Assembly: GCA_031405455.1 (NCBI GenBank)
Contig: JANNIY010000058.1
Location: 13,517-77,516 of the forward strand
Length of the DNA: 64,000 nucleotides
Source: Deltaproteobacteria bacterium
Lineage (GTDB): Bacteria; Myxococcota_A; UBA9160; SMWR01
Direction: 5' to 3'
Shown piece by piece: positions 20,729 through 29,618 of the stretch. The notes beneath the pieces are model-generated. The model did not search any database, had not been told where the DNA came from, and saw only the letters and a list, made by a program, of their open reading frames with translations. The number at the start of each line of letters is the position of its first letter. Positions within the stretch are counted from its first letter, which is position 1. The position numbers and the translations under genes are program-made.

Positions 20729-22471
20729 ATGTCGCTGGCCTTGTGGTATCACACCGTCCGGTCGCTGCGCGGCCGTCAGATCCTCGCTCAGCTCCGCGCT
20801 CGCTGGGTCCGTCGCAGCGAAGACCCGGCCGCCTTCGCCGGGCGAAACGTTCCTGCGTATCCCGGCGCGCGTCTGCGCCCGCAAGCGCCCTTCCTGCCGC
20901 CTGCCGCGCGTAAGCAGGCGCGGGCGGAGCTGCTCGCGGGCGAGTTCACGTTCCTGAATCGCCGCGAGTCGGTCGGCTTTCCGCCGCGCTGGAATGCGCG
21001 CGAACCGTCGCGGCTGTGGCAGTACAACCTCCACTACTTCGAGGTTCTCTGGGACCTGGGCTTCGACGCGGCCCGCGTCGCAACGCTCGATTGGATCGAG
21101 CAGCACCCGCTCGCACGCGGGCAGGCCGGTTGGGAGCCCTATCCGACGTCGCTGCGTATCGTGAACTGGTGCGCGTTCTTCTTCGGCGAGCACCGCGAGC
21201 GCGTGGGGGTGGATGCCGCGCTGCGCGATGCGCTCTGGCGCTCGCTCTACCTGCAGGCCGAGTGGCTTGCGTGCCATCTGGAAACCCACCTTCTCGGAAA
21301 CCACCTGCTCGAAAATGCCGCGGCGTTGCTGCTCGCCGGTCGCGCTTTCGAGGGCGCAGCGGCCGGACGTTGGGAGCGCCAGGGGCGCGAGCTGCTCGCG
21401 TCCGAGCTTCCGGAGCAGGTGCTCGCTGATGGGGGGCACGTCGAGCGTTCGCCGATGTACCAGCTGCGTGTCGCCTGGTTGCTCCTCACGCTGCGAAACG
21501 CCGATGCGGATGCGCTCGCGCCGCTGCTCGACGCGCCCCTCGCCGCGCTGCTGCGCTCGCTATCCGAACTCTGTCACCCGGATGGGGAGATCGCCTTGTT
21601 CAACGACGCCGCTCTCGGCGTCTATCCGGCGCTCGCCCCGCTGCTCGCGGCGTATACCCTCGTCACGGGGCGGCCGGCCATGGCGGCGGAGTCGGGTGCG
21701 GCGCGCTTCGCGCTCGCGGACACGGGATACTTCGGTGCGCGAAGCCGCGACGGCAGCTACGTCGTGTGCGACGCGGGCCTGATCGGGCCCGACTATCAGC
21801 CCGGGCACGCACATGGCGACCTGTTGTCCTTCGAACTCTCGTTCGCCGGGCGGCGCGTCGTGTGCGATTCCGGGGTGCACGGCTACGAAGGCGATCCGCT
21901 GCGCGCGTGGTGCCGTTCGACCCGCGCGCACAACACGGTCGAGATCGACGGCCAGAGTCAATCCGAGTTCTGGTCGGTGTTCCGCGTCGCGCGCCGCGCG
22001 CGCCCCCACGACGTGCGCTTCGAACCGCGGCCGGACGGCTTCCGGCTCTCGGCCTGGCACGATGGCTACGAGCGGCTGCCGGGGCGCCCGCGGCATGCGC
22101 GTCGCTTCGCGTGGCACGATCGCGGCGTGCTGCTCGTGAAGGACGAGATCACCAGCGCGCGCCGTGTGACGGCGCGCTCGCGTCTGCACCTGCACCCGGA
22201 TTGCGTCGTCGAACGGCGCGAGGGGCCCGTCGCGTGGATCCGCCATCCGGGCGGTGTCTTCCAGATCTGCTTCGCAGGTCCGGGCGGGCTCACGCTCGAA
22301 GCGTCGACGTTCTGTCCCGAATTCGGCGTCCAGCGCGAGCGCACCGCGCTGTGCTTCGAAGCCGCCGGCGAGCGCTTCGCTTTCGGATTCTGCATCGCCA
22401 ATACGGACGCGCGGATCGGTTACGATCTGGATTCTGGGGCCGATGTCTCCGGCGAGAAGGTTGCGTGGTGA
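20729..22471 (+). CDS. heparinase II/III family protein (alginate-lyase-like N-domain)
   Basis: LWQYNLHYFEVLWDL, GNHLLENAAALL, DGGHVERSPMYQ, GHAHGDLLSFEL and RAHNTVEIDGQSQ are typical of heparinase II/III-like proteins found in capsule/EPS loci. Confidence 0.85.
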   Translation: MSLALWYHTVRSLRGRQILAQLRARWVRRSEDPAAFAGRNVPAYPGARLRPQAPFLPPAARKQARAELLAGEFTFLNRRESVGFPPRWNAREPSRLWQYNLHYFEVLWDLGFDAARVATLDWIEQHPLARGQAGWEPYPTSLRIVNWCAFFFGEHRERVGVDAALRDALWRSLYLQAEWLACHLETHLLGNHLLENAAALLLAGRAFEGAAAGRWERQGRELLASELPEQVLADGGHVERSPMYQLRVAWLLLTLRNADADALAPLLDAPLAALLRSLSELCHPDGEIALFNDAALGVYPALAPLLAAYTLVTGRPAMAAESGAARFALADTGYFGARSRDGSYVVCDAGLIGPDYQPGHAHGDLLSFELSFAGRRVVCDSGVHGYEGDPLRAWCRSTRAHNTVEIDGQSQSEFWSVFRVARRARPHDVRFEPRPDGFRLSAWHDGYERLPGRPRHARRFAWHDRGVLLVKDEITSARRVTARSRLHLHPDCVVERREGPVAWIRHPGGVFQICFAGPGGLTLEASTFCPEFGVQRERTALCFEAAGERFAFGFCIANTDARIGYDLDSGADVSGEKVAW

Positions 22472-22514
22472 AGCTAGAAAGCCCCTGTGGCGGCGTCCTG
22501 CGCCGGCCCTGCTG

Positions 22515-23753
22515 ATGCGCATCCTCTTCCTGACCCATTACTTCCATCCCGAAGGCAACGCACCGGCGACCCGCGTGTACGAGATGAGCCGTCGTTTTGT
22601 GAAGCTCGGTTTCGAAGTGCGTGTCGTGACCGGGGCGCCGAACGTGCCGAGCGGGGTCGTCTATCCGGGCTACCGCAATCGCTGGCGCTCGCGTGAGATC
22701 GTCGAAGGCATCGAGACGCTGCGCGTCTGGACCTACGTCGCGCCCAACAAGGGAACCGTGCGTCGGATCCTCAATTATCTGTCCTTCTGCGCGACGGCCA
22801 CGCTCGCTGGGCTCGGCGGGCCGCGTCCGGATCTGGTGATTGCCACCTCACCGCAGTTCTTTTGCGGCTGGGCGGGGGTCTTCGTGAGTCGGCTGCGGCG
22901 GGTGCCGTTCGTGCTCGAGATCCGCGACCTGTGGCCCGAGTCGATCGCAGCGGTGGGCGCCATGCGCAGCTCGTGGCTGTTGCGCGGCCTCGGATGGCTC
23001 GAACGACGCATGTACGCGGCCGCGACGCGCATCGTCACCGTCGGGCGCGGCTACCAGCAGCAGCTCGAGGCGCGCGGTGTTTCGGCGCGAGACATCTCGG
23101 TGATTCCGAACGGCGTGGATCTCGGGATGTTCGATGCTTCGGCCGACGGCTCGGAGTTGCGCGCGCGCTTCGCGCCGAACGGAGAGTTCCTGTGCGCCTA
23201 CGTCGGCACGATCGGAATGGGGTGCGGCCTCGCGGTCGTGCTGCGGGCGGCGGAAAAGCTGCGCGAAATGGGGCGTCGCGACGTGGTGTTCCTGCTGGTG
23301 GGTGACGGCGCCGTGCGCGAGGATCTCGAGCGCGAGGCGCGCGCGGCGGGGCTCGATCGCGTCGTCTTCACGGGTCGCCTGCCGAAGGCCGACATGCCCC
23401 GCGTGCTCGCCGCGAGCGACGCCTGCCTGGTCCACCTCGCGCGCCGCCCCCTGTTTCGCAGCGTGATGCCCTCAAAAATATTCGAGGCGGCGGCGATGGC
23501 CAGGCCGATCGTGCTCGGCGTCGAGGGTTTTGCGGCCGACGTCGTTTCCCAGGCCGGCGCGGGGATCTGCATCGAGCCCGAGAATGCCGAGCAGCTGGTC
23601 GCTGCCGTGCTGCGCCTGGCCGCGGATCGCGGGCTCGCGGGCGCCCTCGGGCGCGCCGGCAGGGAGCGCATCGCGGCGGTTTTCGATTACTCCGAGCTGG
23701 CGCGCGAGTATGCAAAGCTGTTGCGCGGCGTAGTGGCGGAGGGGCAGGCGTGA
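22515..23753 (+). CDS. glycosyltransferase family 4 (WbuB-like)
   Basis: MRILFLTHYFHPEGNAPATRVYE, ATSPQFF, IRDLWPESI and a C-terminal GT1 core with the E..MPSKIFE motif. Confidence 0.88.
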   Translation: MRILFLTHYFHPEGNAPATRVYEMSRRFVKLGFEVRVVTGAPNVPSGVVYPGYRNRWRSREIVEGIETLRVWTYVAPNKGTVRRILNYLSFCATATLAGLGGPRPDLVIATSPQFFCGWAGVFVSRLRRVPFVLEIRDLWPESIAAVGAMRSSWLLRGLGWLERRMYAAATRIVTVGRGYQQQLEARGVSARDISVIPNGVDLGMFDASADGSELRARFAPNGEFLCAYVGTIGMGCGLAVVLRAAEKLREMGRRDVVFLLVGDGAVREDLEREARAAGLDRVVFTGRLPKADMPRVLAASDACLVHLARRPLFRSVMPSKIFEAAAMARPIVLGVEGFAADVVSQAGAGICIEPENAEQLVAAVLRLAADRGLAGALGRAGRERIAAVFDYSELAREYAKLLRGVVAEGQA

Positions 23754-24841
23754 AAATCGTGAACGTCGTGGGCGCGCGCCCGAACCTGATGAAGGTCGCT
23801 CCGTTGATGGAGGCCTTCGCGTCGCGCCCGGGCATCGAGGCGCTGCTCGTGCACACCGGCCAGCACTACGACGCGAACATGAGCGATCTCTTCTTCCGGC
23901 AGCTCGGAATTCCGGAGCCGGATTTGAACCTCGGCGTCGGCAGCGGTTCGCACGCGGCGCAGACGGCCGAGATCATGAAGGGTTTCGAGCCCGTGCTGCT
24001 CGAGCATCGGCCGGACGCCGTGCTCGTCGTGGGCGACGTGAACAGCACGATCGCCTGCGGCCTCGTCGCCGTGAAACTGGGCATCCGGCTCGTTCACGTC
24101 GAAGCCGGGCTGCGCAGCTTCGATCGCAGCATGCCCGAGGAGATCAACCGGGTCCTCACGGACGCGATCAGCGACGTGCTTTTCTGCACCGAGGAAAGCG
24201 GCGTCGTGAACCTGCGGCGCGAGGGAATCGCCGACGCGAAGATCCATCAGGTCGGCAACGTCATGATCGACACATTGATGAAGCACCGCGCGCGCGCCGA
24301 CGCATCCGGCATCCTCGCTCAGCTCGGACTCGAACCCGCCGGCTACGCCGTGCTCACCCTGCACCGGCCGGCGAACGTCGACGATCCGGAGACGCTGGCG
24401 GGCATCCTCGACGCCCTCGAAATCGTGGCGCGCGACATGCCGCTGGTGTTTCCCGCGCACCCGCGCACGCGTGAGAAGATGCGCGCCTTCGGGCTCGACG
24501 CCCGGCTGGCGCGCCTGCCGGGCCTGCGGATGATCGAGCCGGCCGGCTATCTCGACTTCTTGAAGCTGATGGCGTCGGCGCGGCTCGTGCTCACGGATTC
24601 CGGCGGCATCCAGGAGGAAACCACGATCCTCCAGGTGCCATGCCTCACGCTGCGCGAGAACACCGAGCGGCCCGTTACGGTCGAGCTCGGCACCAACCAG
24701 CTCGTCGGACGCGATCCGGAGCGGATCCTCGCGGCCTACCGCAAGCTCCAGGTGGGCGCCGGGTCGCAGGGTCGCCTGCCGCCGGGCTGGGACGGCTTTG
24801 CCGCCGGCCGCATCAGGGACGTTCTGGAGCGGGTTCTGTGA
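23750..24841 (+). CDS. wecB: UDP-N-acetylglucosamine 2-epimerase (non-hydrolysing)
   Basis: VVGARPNLMKVAPL, HTGQHYD, VVGDVNST, HVEAGLRSFDRSMPEEINR and DSGGIQEET are WecB hallmarks. GTGA overlap with the GT4 gene. Confidence 0.92.
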   Translation: MKIVNVVGARPNLMKVAPLMEAFASRPGIEALLVHTGQHYDANMSDLFFRQLGIPEPDLNLGVGSGSHAAQTAEIMKGFEPVLLEHRPDAVLVVGDVNSTIACGLVAVKLGIRLVHVEAGLRSFDRSMPEEINRVLTDAISDVLFCTEESGVVNLRREGIADAKIHQVGNVMIDTLMKHRARADASGILAQLGLEPAGYAVLTLHRPANVDDPETLAGILDALEIVARDMPLVFPAHPRTREKMRAFGLDARLARLPGLRMIEPAGYLDFLKLMASARLVLTDSGGIQEETTILQVPCLTLRENTERPVTVELGTNQLVGRDPERILAAYRKLQVGAGSQGRLPPGWDGFAAGRIRDVLERVL

Positions 24842-25379
24842 GCAGCGATTCGATGCGCTGCGCCGCTTCGCGCAGATCCGCGACGACGTGATCCGGCCTG
24901 GCTTCGCCGCGCTCGAGCGTCGCCGCTCCGTGCCCCGTGCGCACGAGCAGGGTCGTGGCGCCGACGGCGCGGCCGAGTGCGATGTCGCTCGCCATGTCGC
25001 CGACGACGAAGGCGCGGGACGGGTCGAAGCCGAGCTCCGCGGCCGCGCTCAGGACGAGGCCGGTGCGCGGCTTGCGACAGCTGCAGCGCTCGTCCGGATG
25101 GTGGGGACACACGAAGACGCCATCGAGCACGACGCCCTCGGCGCGCAGCGCGCCGAACAGACGCTCGTGGATCTCGGCCAGGCGCGCGGCGTCGAAGAAG
25201 CCGCGCCCGATGCCGCTCTGGTTGGTGACGAGCACGAGCCCGAGGCCCTGGGCGGCGAGGCGGCGCAGGCCGTCGCTCGCGCCCGCGATCAGCTCGACCT
25301 GATCGGGATCCGAGAGGTAGTGCTTTTCAACGATCAGCGTGCCGTCGCGATCGAGCAGCACGAAGCGTCGCGAGCGCAT
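24813..25379 (-). CDS. gmhB: D-glycero-D-manno-heptose 1,7-bisphosphate phosphatase (HAD-IIIA)
   Basis: LDRDGTL, VTNQSGIGRG, CPHHPDERCSCRKP (Zn-binding loop) and VGDMASDI are GmhB/histidinol-phosphatase-type motifs. Start at ATG 25379. Confidence 0.85.
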   Translation of the reverse strand: MRSRRFVLLDRDGTLIVEKHYLSDPDQVELIAGASDGLRRLAAQGLGLVLVTNQSGIGRGFFDAARLAEIHERLFGALRAEGVVLDGVFVCPHHPDERCSCRKPRTGLVLSAAAELGFDPSRAFVVGDMASDIALGRAVGATTLLVRTGHGAATLERGEARPDHVVADLREAAQRIESLLTEPAPERP

Positions 25380-25531
25380 GCGGTCGGCTCCCAGGCGTGG
25401 CGAGCGCGCAGCATACGGTCGGGTCTTGCGTGCGTCCAGCACACGCGTGCGCGCGCAACTCGGGAGCGGAGGTAGACGGGGTCGCGCGGCGAGGTGTACG
25501 CTCTCGCCCTCGCAGCAACCCCGGGAGTGTC

Positions 25532-26644
25532 ATGCGAATCCTGGTCACCGGCGGAGCCGGCTTCATCGGCTCGCATACGGTCGACGCGCTGATCGCGAGC
25601 GGCCATCAGGTGCGCATTCTCGACAGCCTCGAGAAGCCGGTGCATCTGCATGGGAAGCCCTCCTACCTGAACCCGGCGGCGGAGTTCGTACAGGGCGACG
25701 TCACGCGGCGCGAAGACTGGCTCGGGGCGCTCGCCGGCATCGAGGCCGTGTTTCATTTTGCCGCCTACCAGGACTACCTGCCGGACTTCAGCAAATTCTT
25801 CCGCGTGAACGCGGTGGGAACGGCGCTGCTCTACGAGTTGCTCGTGGAGCGAAAGCTTCCGGTACGCAAGGTGGTGGTGGCGTCTTCGCAGGCCGTCTAT
25901 GGCGAAGGCCGGCACCAGACTCCCGATGGCCGCATCGTGTACCCCGGCCTGCGTTCCGAAGAGCGCCTGCGCGCGGGGCGCTTCGAGATCCAGTGCCCGG
26001 ACGGCGCGGGTGAGACGCAATGGCTGGCCACCGACGAAGCCGTCGTGAACCCGCAGAACCAGTATGCGCTCTCGAAACACGCGCAGGAGCAGATCGCCCT
26101 CCAGCTCGGAAAGCGCTACGGCATCCCGTCGGTCGGGATGCGCTACTCGATCGTGCAGGGGCCGCGCCAGTCGTTCTACAACGCCTACTCGGGTGCGTGT
26201 CGGGTCTTCTGCCTTTCATTTCACGTGGGGCGTGTTCCGCCGATCTATGAAGACGGTCTCCAGGTGCGGGATTTCGTGAACGTGCACGACGTCGTCGCCG
26301 CGAACCTGCGCGTGCTCGAGGATCCGCGCGCCGATGGGCAGGCCTTCAACGTCGGTGGCGGCCGCGCCTACAGCGTCGCCGAGTTCGCCGGAATCGTGGC
26401 GCGCGCCTTCGGCCGCGAGTTCGAGTCGAAGCCGGCTGGCGCCTACCGCTTCGGGGATACGCGCCACATCGTCTCGGACGTCACGAAGCTCCGCGCGCTC
26501 GGCTGGGAGCCGAAGCGCACGCCCGCTGACAGCGTCGCCGAATACGTCGCCTGGCTGCGGGCGCAGGGAGACATCGAGGACATCCTCGCCTTCGCCGAGA
26601 AGCAGATGAAGGCGATGGGCGTCGTGCGGGCGGTGGCGGGATGA
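25532..26644 (+). CDS. NAD-dependent epimerase/dehydratase (extended SDR)
   Basis: MRILVTGGAGFIGSH Rossmann motif, catalytic YALSK, and length typical of sugar-nucleotide 4,6-dehydratases/epimerases. GGGAG lies upstream of the ATG. Confidence 0.88.
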   Translation: MRILVTGGAGFIGSHTVDALIASGHQVRILDSLEKPVHLHGKPSYLNPAAEFVQGDVTRREDWLGALAGIEAVFHFAAYQDYLPDFSKFFRVNAVGTALLYELLVERKLPVRKVVVASSQAVYGEGRHQTPDGRIVYPGLRSEERLRAGRFEIQCPDGAGETQWLATDEAVVNPQNQYALSKHAQEQIALQLGKRYGIPSVGMRYSIVQGPRQSFYNAYSGACRVFCLSFHVGRVPPIYEDGLQVRDFVNVHDVVAANLRVLEDPRADGQAFNVGGGRAYSVAEFAGIVARAFGREFESKPAGAYRFGDTRHIVSDVTKLRALGWEPKRTPADSVAEYVAWLRAQGDIEDILAFAEKQMKAMGVVRAVAG

Positions 26645-27630
26645 TCGTCACGCAGACACCGCTGCGGATTTCCTTCGCAGGCGGCGGCACGGATCTCGCG
26701 GCGTACTACGCGAACCACGAGGGCTACGTCGTTTCGAGCGCGATCGACAAGTTCGCCTACGTGATCGTCAAGGAACGTTTCGACGACGAGATCTATCTCA
26801 ATTACATGCGCAAGGAGATCCGGTCGGACGTCGCCTCGATCGAGCACGGGCTGATCCGCGAGGCGATGCGCATGGCGGGCGTCGAGCGCGGCGTCGAGGT
26901 GACGCTGCTCTCGGACATTCCCTCCGAGGGCTCCGGGCTCGGATCCTCGAGCAGCTTCACCGTCGGTCTGCTCAACGCGTTCTACGCCTATCGCGGCGAG
27001 CAGGTGACTCCCGAGCGCCTCGCGAGCGAGGCCTGCGAAATCGAGATCGAGCGGCTCGGCAAGCCGATCGGGAAGCAGGACCAGTACATCGCCGCCTACG
27101 GGGGCCTGCGCTGCTTCCGCTTCCGCCGCGATGGGGGCGTCGACGTGAAGGCGCTGCAATTGCCCGGCGAGAAGCTGCGCGAGCTGTCCGCCCGCCTGCA
27201 CCTGTTCTTCACGGGCAAGACGCGCCAGGCGGACGTGATCCTCTCGGAGCAGACGAGCCGGACGGCCGATCGCCTCGCGGAGCTCGACGCCATCAAGCAG
27301 CTGGCCTTCGATCTCGAGCCCGCGCTCGAGGCGCGCGATTTCGATCGCCTCGGCACGATCCTGCACGAAAACTGGGAGCTCAAGCGCAAGCTCGCGAGCG
27401 GCATCAGCAACGCCGCGATCGAGGAAATGTACGCGCGCTCGCGGGCGAGCGGCGCCCTCGGCGGTAAGATCTGCGGCGCGGGCGGTGGCGGCTTCCTGCT
27501 CGCCTATTGCGCGCCGGATCGCCAGGAGCGGCTCGCCAAGGGCATGCACGACTACCGCATGCTGCCGTTTTCACTCGAGCGCGATGGCAGCAAGGTGATC
27601 TTCAACTATCGAAGGGAAGTCTGGAAATGA
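26641..27630 (+). CDS. hddA: GHMP-family sugar kinase, D-glycero-D-manno-heptose 7-phosphate kinase-like
   Basis: TPLRISFAGGGTDL, the GHMP motif PSEGSGLGSSSSF, and GKQDQY. It sits between SDR and GmhA as in GDP-heptose clusters. ATGA overlaps on both sides. Confidence 0.78.
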   Translation: MIVTQTPLRISFAGGGTDLAAYYANHEGYVVSSAIDKFAYVIVKERFDDEIYLNYMRKEIRSDVASIEHGLIREAMRMAGVERGVEVTLLSDIPSEGSGLGSSSSFTVGLLNAFYAYRGEQVTPERLASEACEIEIERLGKPIGKQDQYIAAYGGLRCFRFRRDGGVDVKALQLPGEKLRELSARLHLFFTGKTRQADVILSEQTSRTADRLAELDAIKQLAFDLEPALEARDFDRLGTILHENWELKRKLASGISNAAIEEMYARSRASGALGGKICGAGGGGFLLAYCAPDRQERLAKGMHDYRMLPFSLERDGSKVIFNYRREVWK

Positions 27631-28220
27631 AGGGGTATCCCGAGTACGCGTCGCCGAAGGCCTACCTCGAGAAGGTGCGCGAGCTGCTCGATTCGCTCGC
27701 CGCGCCGAGCGACAGGCTGATCGAGACGCTCTTCGAGGCCTTCGAAGAGGAGCGCACGATCTTTCTCGCGGGCAACGGCGGCAGCGCGGCGGCAGCGTCC
27801 CACTTCGGTCAGGATCTCGCCAAGGGGACGCTCTCCTCGATGCAGGCGAAGCGGCGTTTCCGCGTGATTCCGCTGACCGACAACATCGGTTTCATCACGG
27901 CGCTCGCGAACGACGAGGGCTACGAGGCGATCTTCGAGCAGCAGCTGCGCAATCTCGCCCGACGCGGCGACCTGTTGATCGCGATCAGTGGTTCTGGAAA
28001 TTCGCCGAACATCTTGCGCGCCGTCGAGTATGCGCGCTCGATCGGTATGAAATCAATCGGTGTCACGGGCTTCGACGGCGGCAAGCTGCGCGCGCTCGCG
28101 GACGAGAGCGTGCACGTGCCGATCGAAGACATGGGCATGACCGAGGCGCTGCACGGCGTCGTCTTCCATCTGGTGATGGCGCAGCTGCGCACGAAGCTCG
28201 CACGAGCCGAATCGGATTGA
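27627..28220 (+). CDS. gmhA: SIS-domain sedoheptulose 7-phosphate isomerase
   Basis: IFLAGNGGSAAAASHFGQDL, ISGSGNSPNIL and GFDGGKL are GmhA/SIS motifs. Confidence 0.85.
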   Translation: MKGYPEYASPKAYLEKVRELLDSLAAPSDRLIETLFEAFEEERTIFLAGNGGSAAAASHFGQDLAKGTLSSMQAKRRFRVIPLTDNIGFITALANDEGYEAIFEQQLRNLARRGDLLIAISGSGNSPNILRAVEYARSIGMKSIGVTGFDGGKLRALADESVHVPIEDMGMTEALHGVVFHLVMAQLRTKLARAESD

Positions 28221-28335
28221 GCTTCGCCCGGCCGCGCCAGGCTGTGCGGCCGCCTGGGGAAACGGCCTGGCGGTTGTGAGCTTCGCGCGGCTTCGCCTCG
28301 CTGCGCGGCCGCTCAGGGAAGCGGCCTGGCAACGA
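28218..28335. repeat. two tandem 59-bp intergenic direct repeats
   Basis: Unit 28218-28276 against unit 28277-28335 gives 44/59 identical positions in my hand alignment. Both begin TGAGCTTCGC and contain GCGGCCGC and CGGCCTGGC. Confidence 0.7.
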
Positions 28336-28349
28336 GCGGGGGGGGACCG

Positions 28350-29618
28350 GTGTTGCGGATCACGCTGCTCGAGAACCCGATCCGGGAGTACGACTGGGGC
28401 TCGCGCAGCGCGATCGCCGAGCTGCTCGGGCGTCCGTCGCCGTCCGCCGCACCGCAGGCGGAACTCTGGATGGGCGCGCACCCGAGCGCGCCGTCGACCA
28501 TCGAGCTGGCCGGGGTGCGGCGCTCGCTGCATGCCGATATCGCAGAGCATCCGCGCGAGTGGCTCGGAGCGCGCGTGCAGGCGGACTTCGCAGGGCGGCT
28601 GCCGTTTCTGCTGAAGGTGCTCGCCGCGGATCGCCCGCTCTCGATCCAGGCCCACCCCGACGCGGCGCAGGCGCGCGAAGGCTTCGCGCGCGAGAACGCG
28701 GCCGGCGTCGTGCTCGACGCTGCCGAGCGTTGCTATCGGGATGCCAGCCACAAGCCGGAGCTGCTGTGCGCGCTCACGCCCTTCTGGGCGCTGCGCGGTT
28801 TCCGCGCGCCACGCGAGATTCTCGCGCTTTCGGAGCAGCTCGCCGTCCCGGAGCTGGCCGCCGCCGCCGCCTGCCTCCGCGCGCCAGGGGAGGGGGAGGT
28901 GCTCGACCGCTGGCTGCGCGGCCTCTTCTCGCTGACAGCGGAAGCGCGCGTGCGTCTGGTGCGCGCGGTCGCGCGAGCGGCGGTCGAGCATGCGGACGCC
29001 GATGTCGCCTTCGAATGGATCTCGCGCCTTCAGCAGCTCAATCGGGACGACGTCGGCGTGCTCGCGCCCCTCTTCCTGCACACGCTGCGGCTCGAACCCG
29101 GCGAGGCCATGTTCCTGCCGGCGCGCGAGCTGCATGCGTATCTCCAGGGGGTGGGCATCGAGTTGATGGCGAGTTCCGACAACGTGCTGCGGGGAGGGCT
29201 CACGACCAAGCCGGTTGCCGTCGACGAACTGCTGCGGGTGCTGTGCTTCGAACCGGCGCAGCCCACCCGGCTGACGGCGCAGCGCGATGCTTCGGGCTGG
29301 GAGCGCTATGCGACGCCGGCGCGCGAGTTCGAACTCGCGCGCGCAACGCTGCGCGGCGGGCCGGCGCTCGTGAGCGAGAGCGAACGCAGCATCGAGATCC
29401 TGCTGTGCACCGAGGGGGCGATCGATCTGGTGGCCGGCGCTGCGGACGAGCGCGTGCGCCTCGCGCGAGGGCAGAGCTGCGTCGTGCCCGCGAGCGCGCC
29501 GATCTATCGCGTGTCGGGCAGCGGGACGCTCTACCGCGCATCCGTCCCATCCGCAGGCGAAGCGTTCGCTGACGTGAAACCTGGCGCCGCGCGAACGCAC
29601 CCGGAGCGCCGGTCGTGA
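28350..29618 (+). CDS. manA: mannose-6-phosphate isomerase, class I
   Basis: NPIREYDWGS, ELWMGAHP, LPFLLKVLAADRPLSIQAHPD, YRDASHKPE and the late HAYL..G.IELMASSDNVLRGGLT are type I PMI signatures. GTG start. Confidence 0.88.
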   Translation: MLRITLLENPIREYDWGSRSAIAELLGRPSPSAAPQAELWMGAHPSAPSTIELAGVRRSLHADIAEHPREWLGARVQADFAGRLPFLLKVLAADRPLSIQAHPDAAQAREGFARENAAGVVLDAAERCYRDASHKPELLCALTPFWALRGFRAPREILALSEQLAVPELAAAAACLRAPGEGEVLDRWLRGLFSLTAEARVRLVRAVARAAVEHADADVAFEWISRLQQLNRDDVGVLAPLFLHTLRLEPGEAMFLPARELHAYLQGVGIELMASSDNVLRGGLTTKPVAVDELLRVLCFEPAQPTRLTAQRDASGWERYATPAREFELARATLRGGPALVSESERSIEILLCTEGAIDLVAGAADERVRLARGQSCVVPASAPIYRVSGSGTLYRASVPSAGEAFADVKPGAARTHPERRS

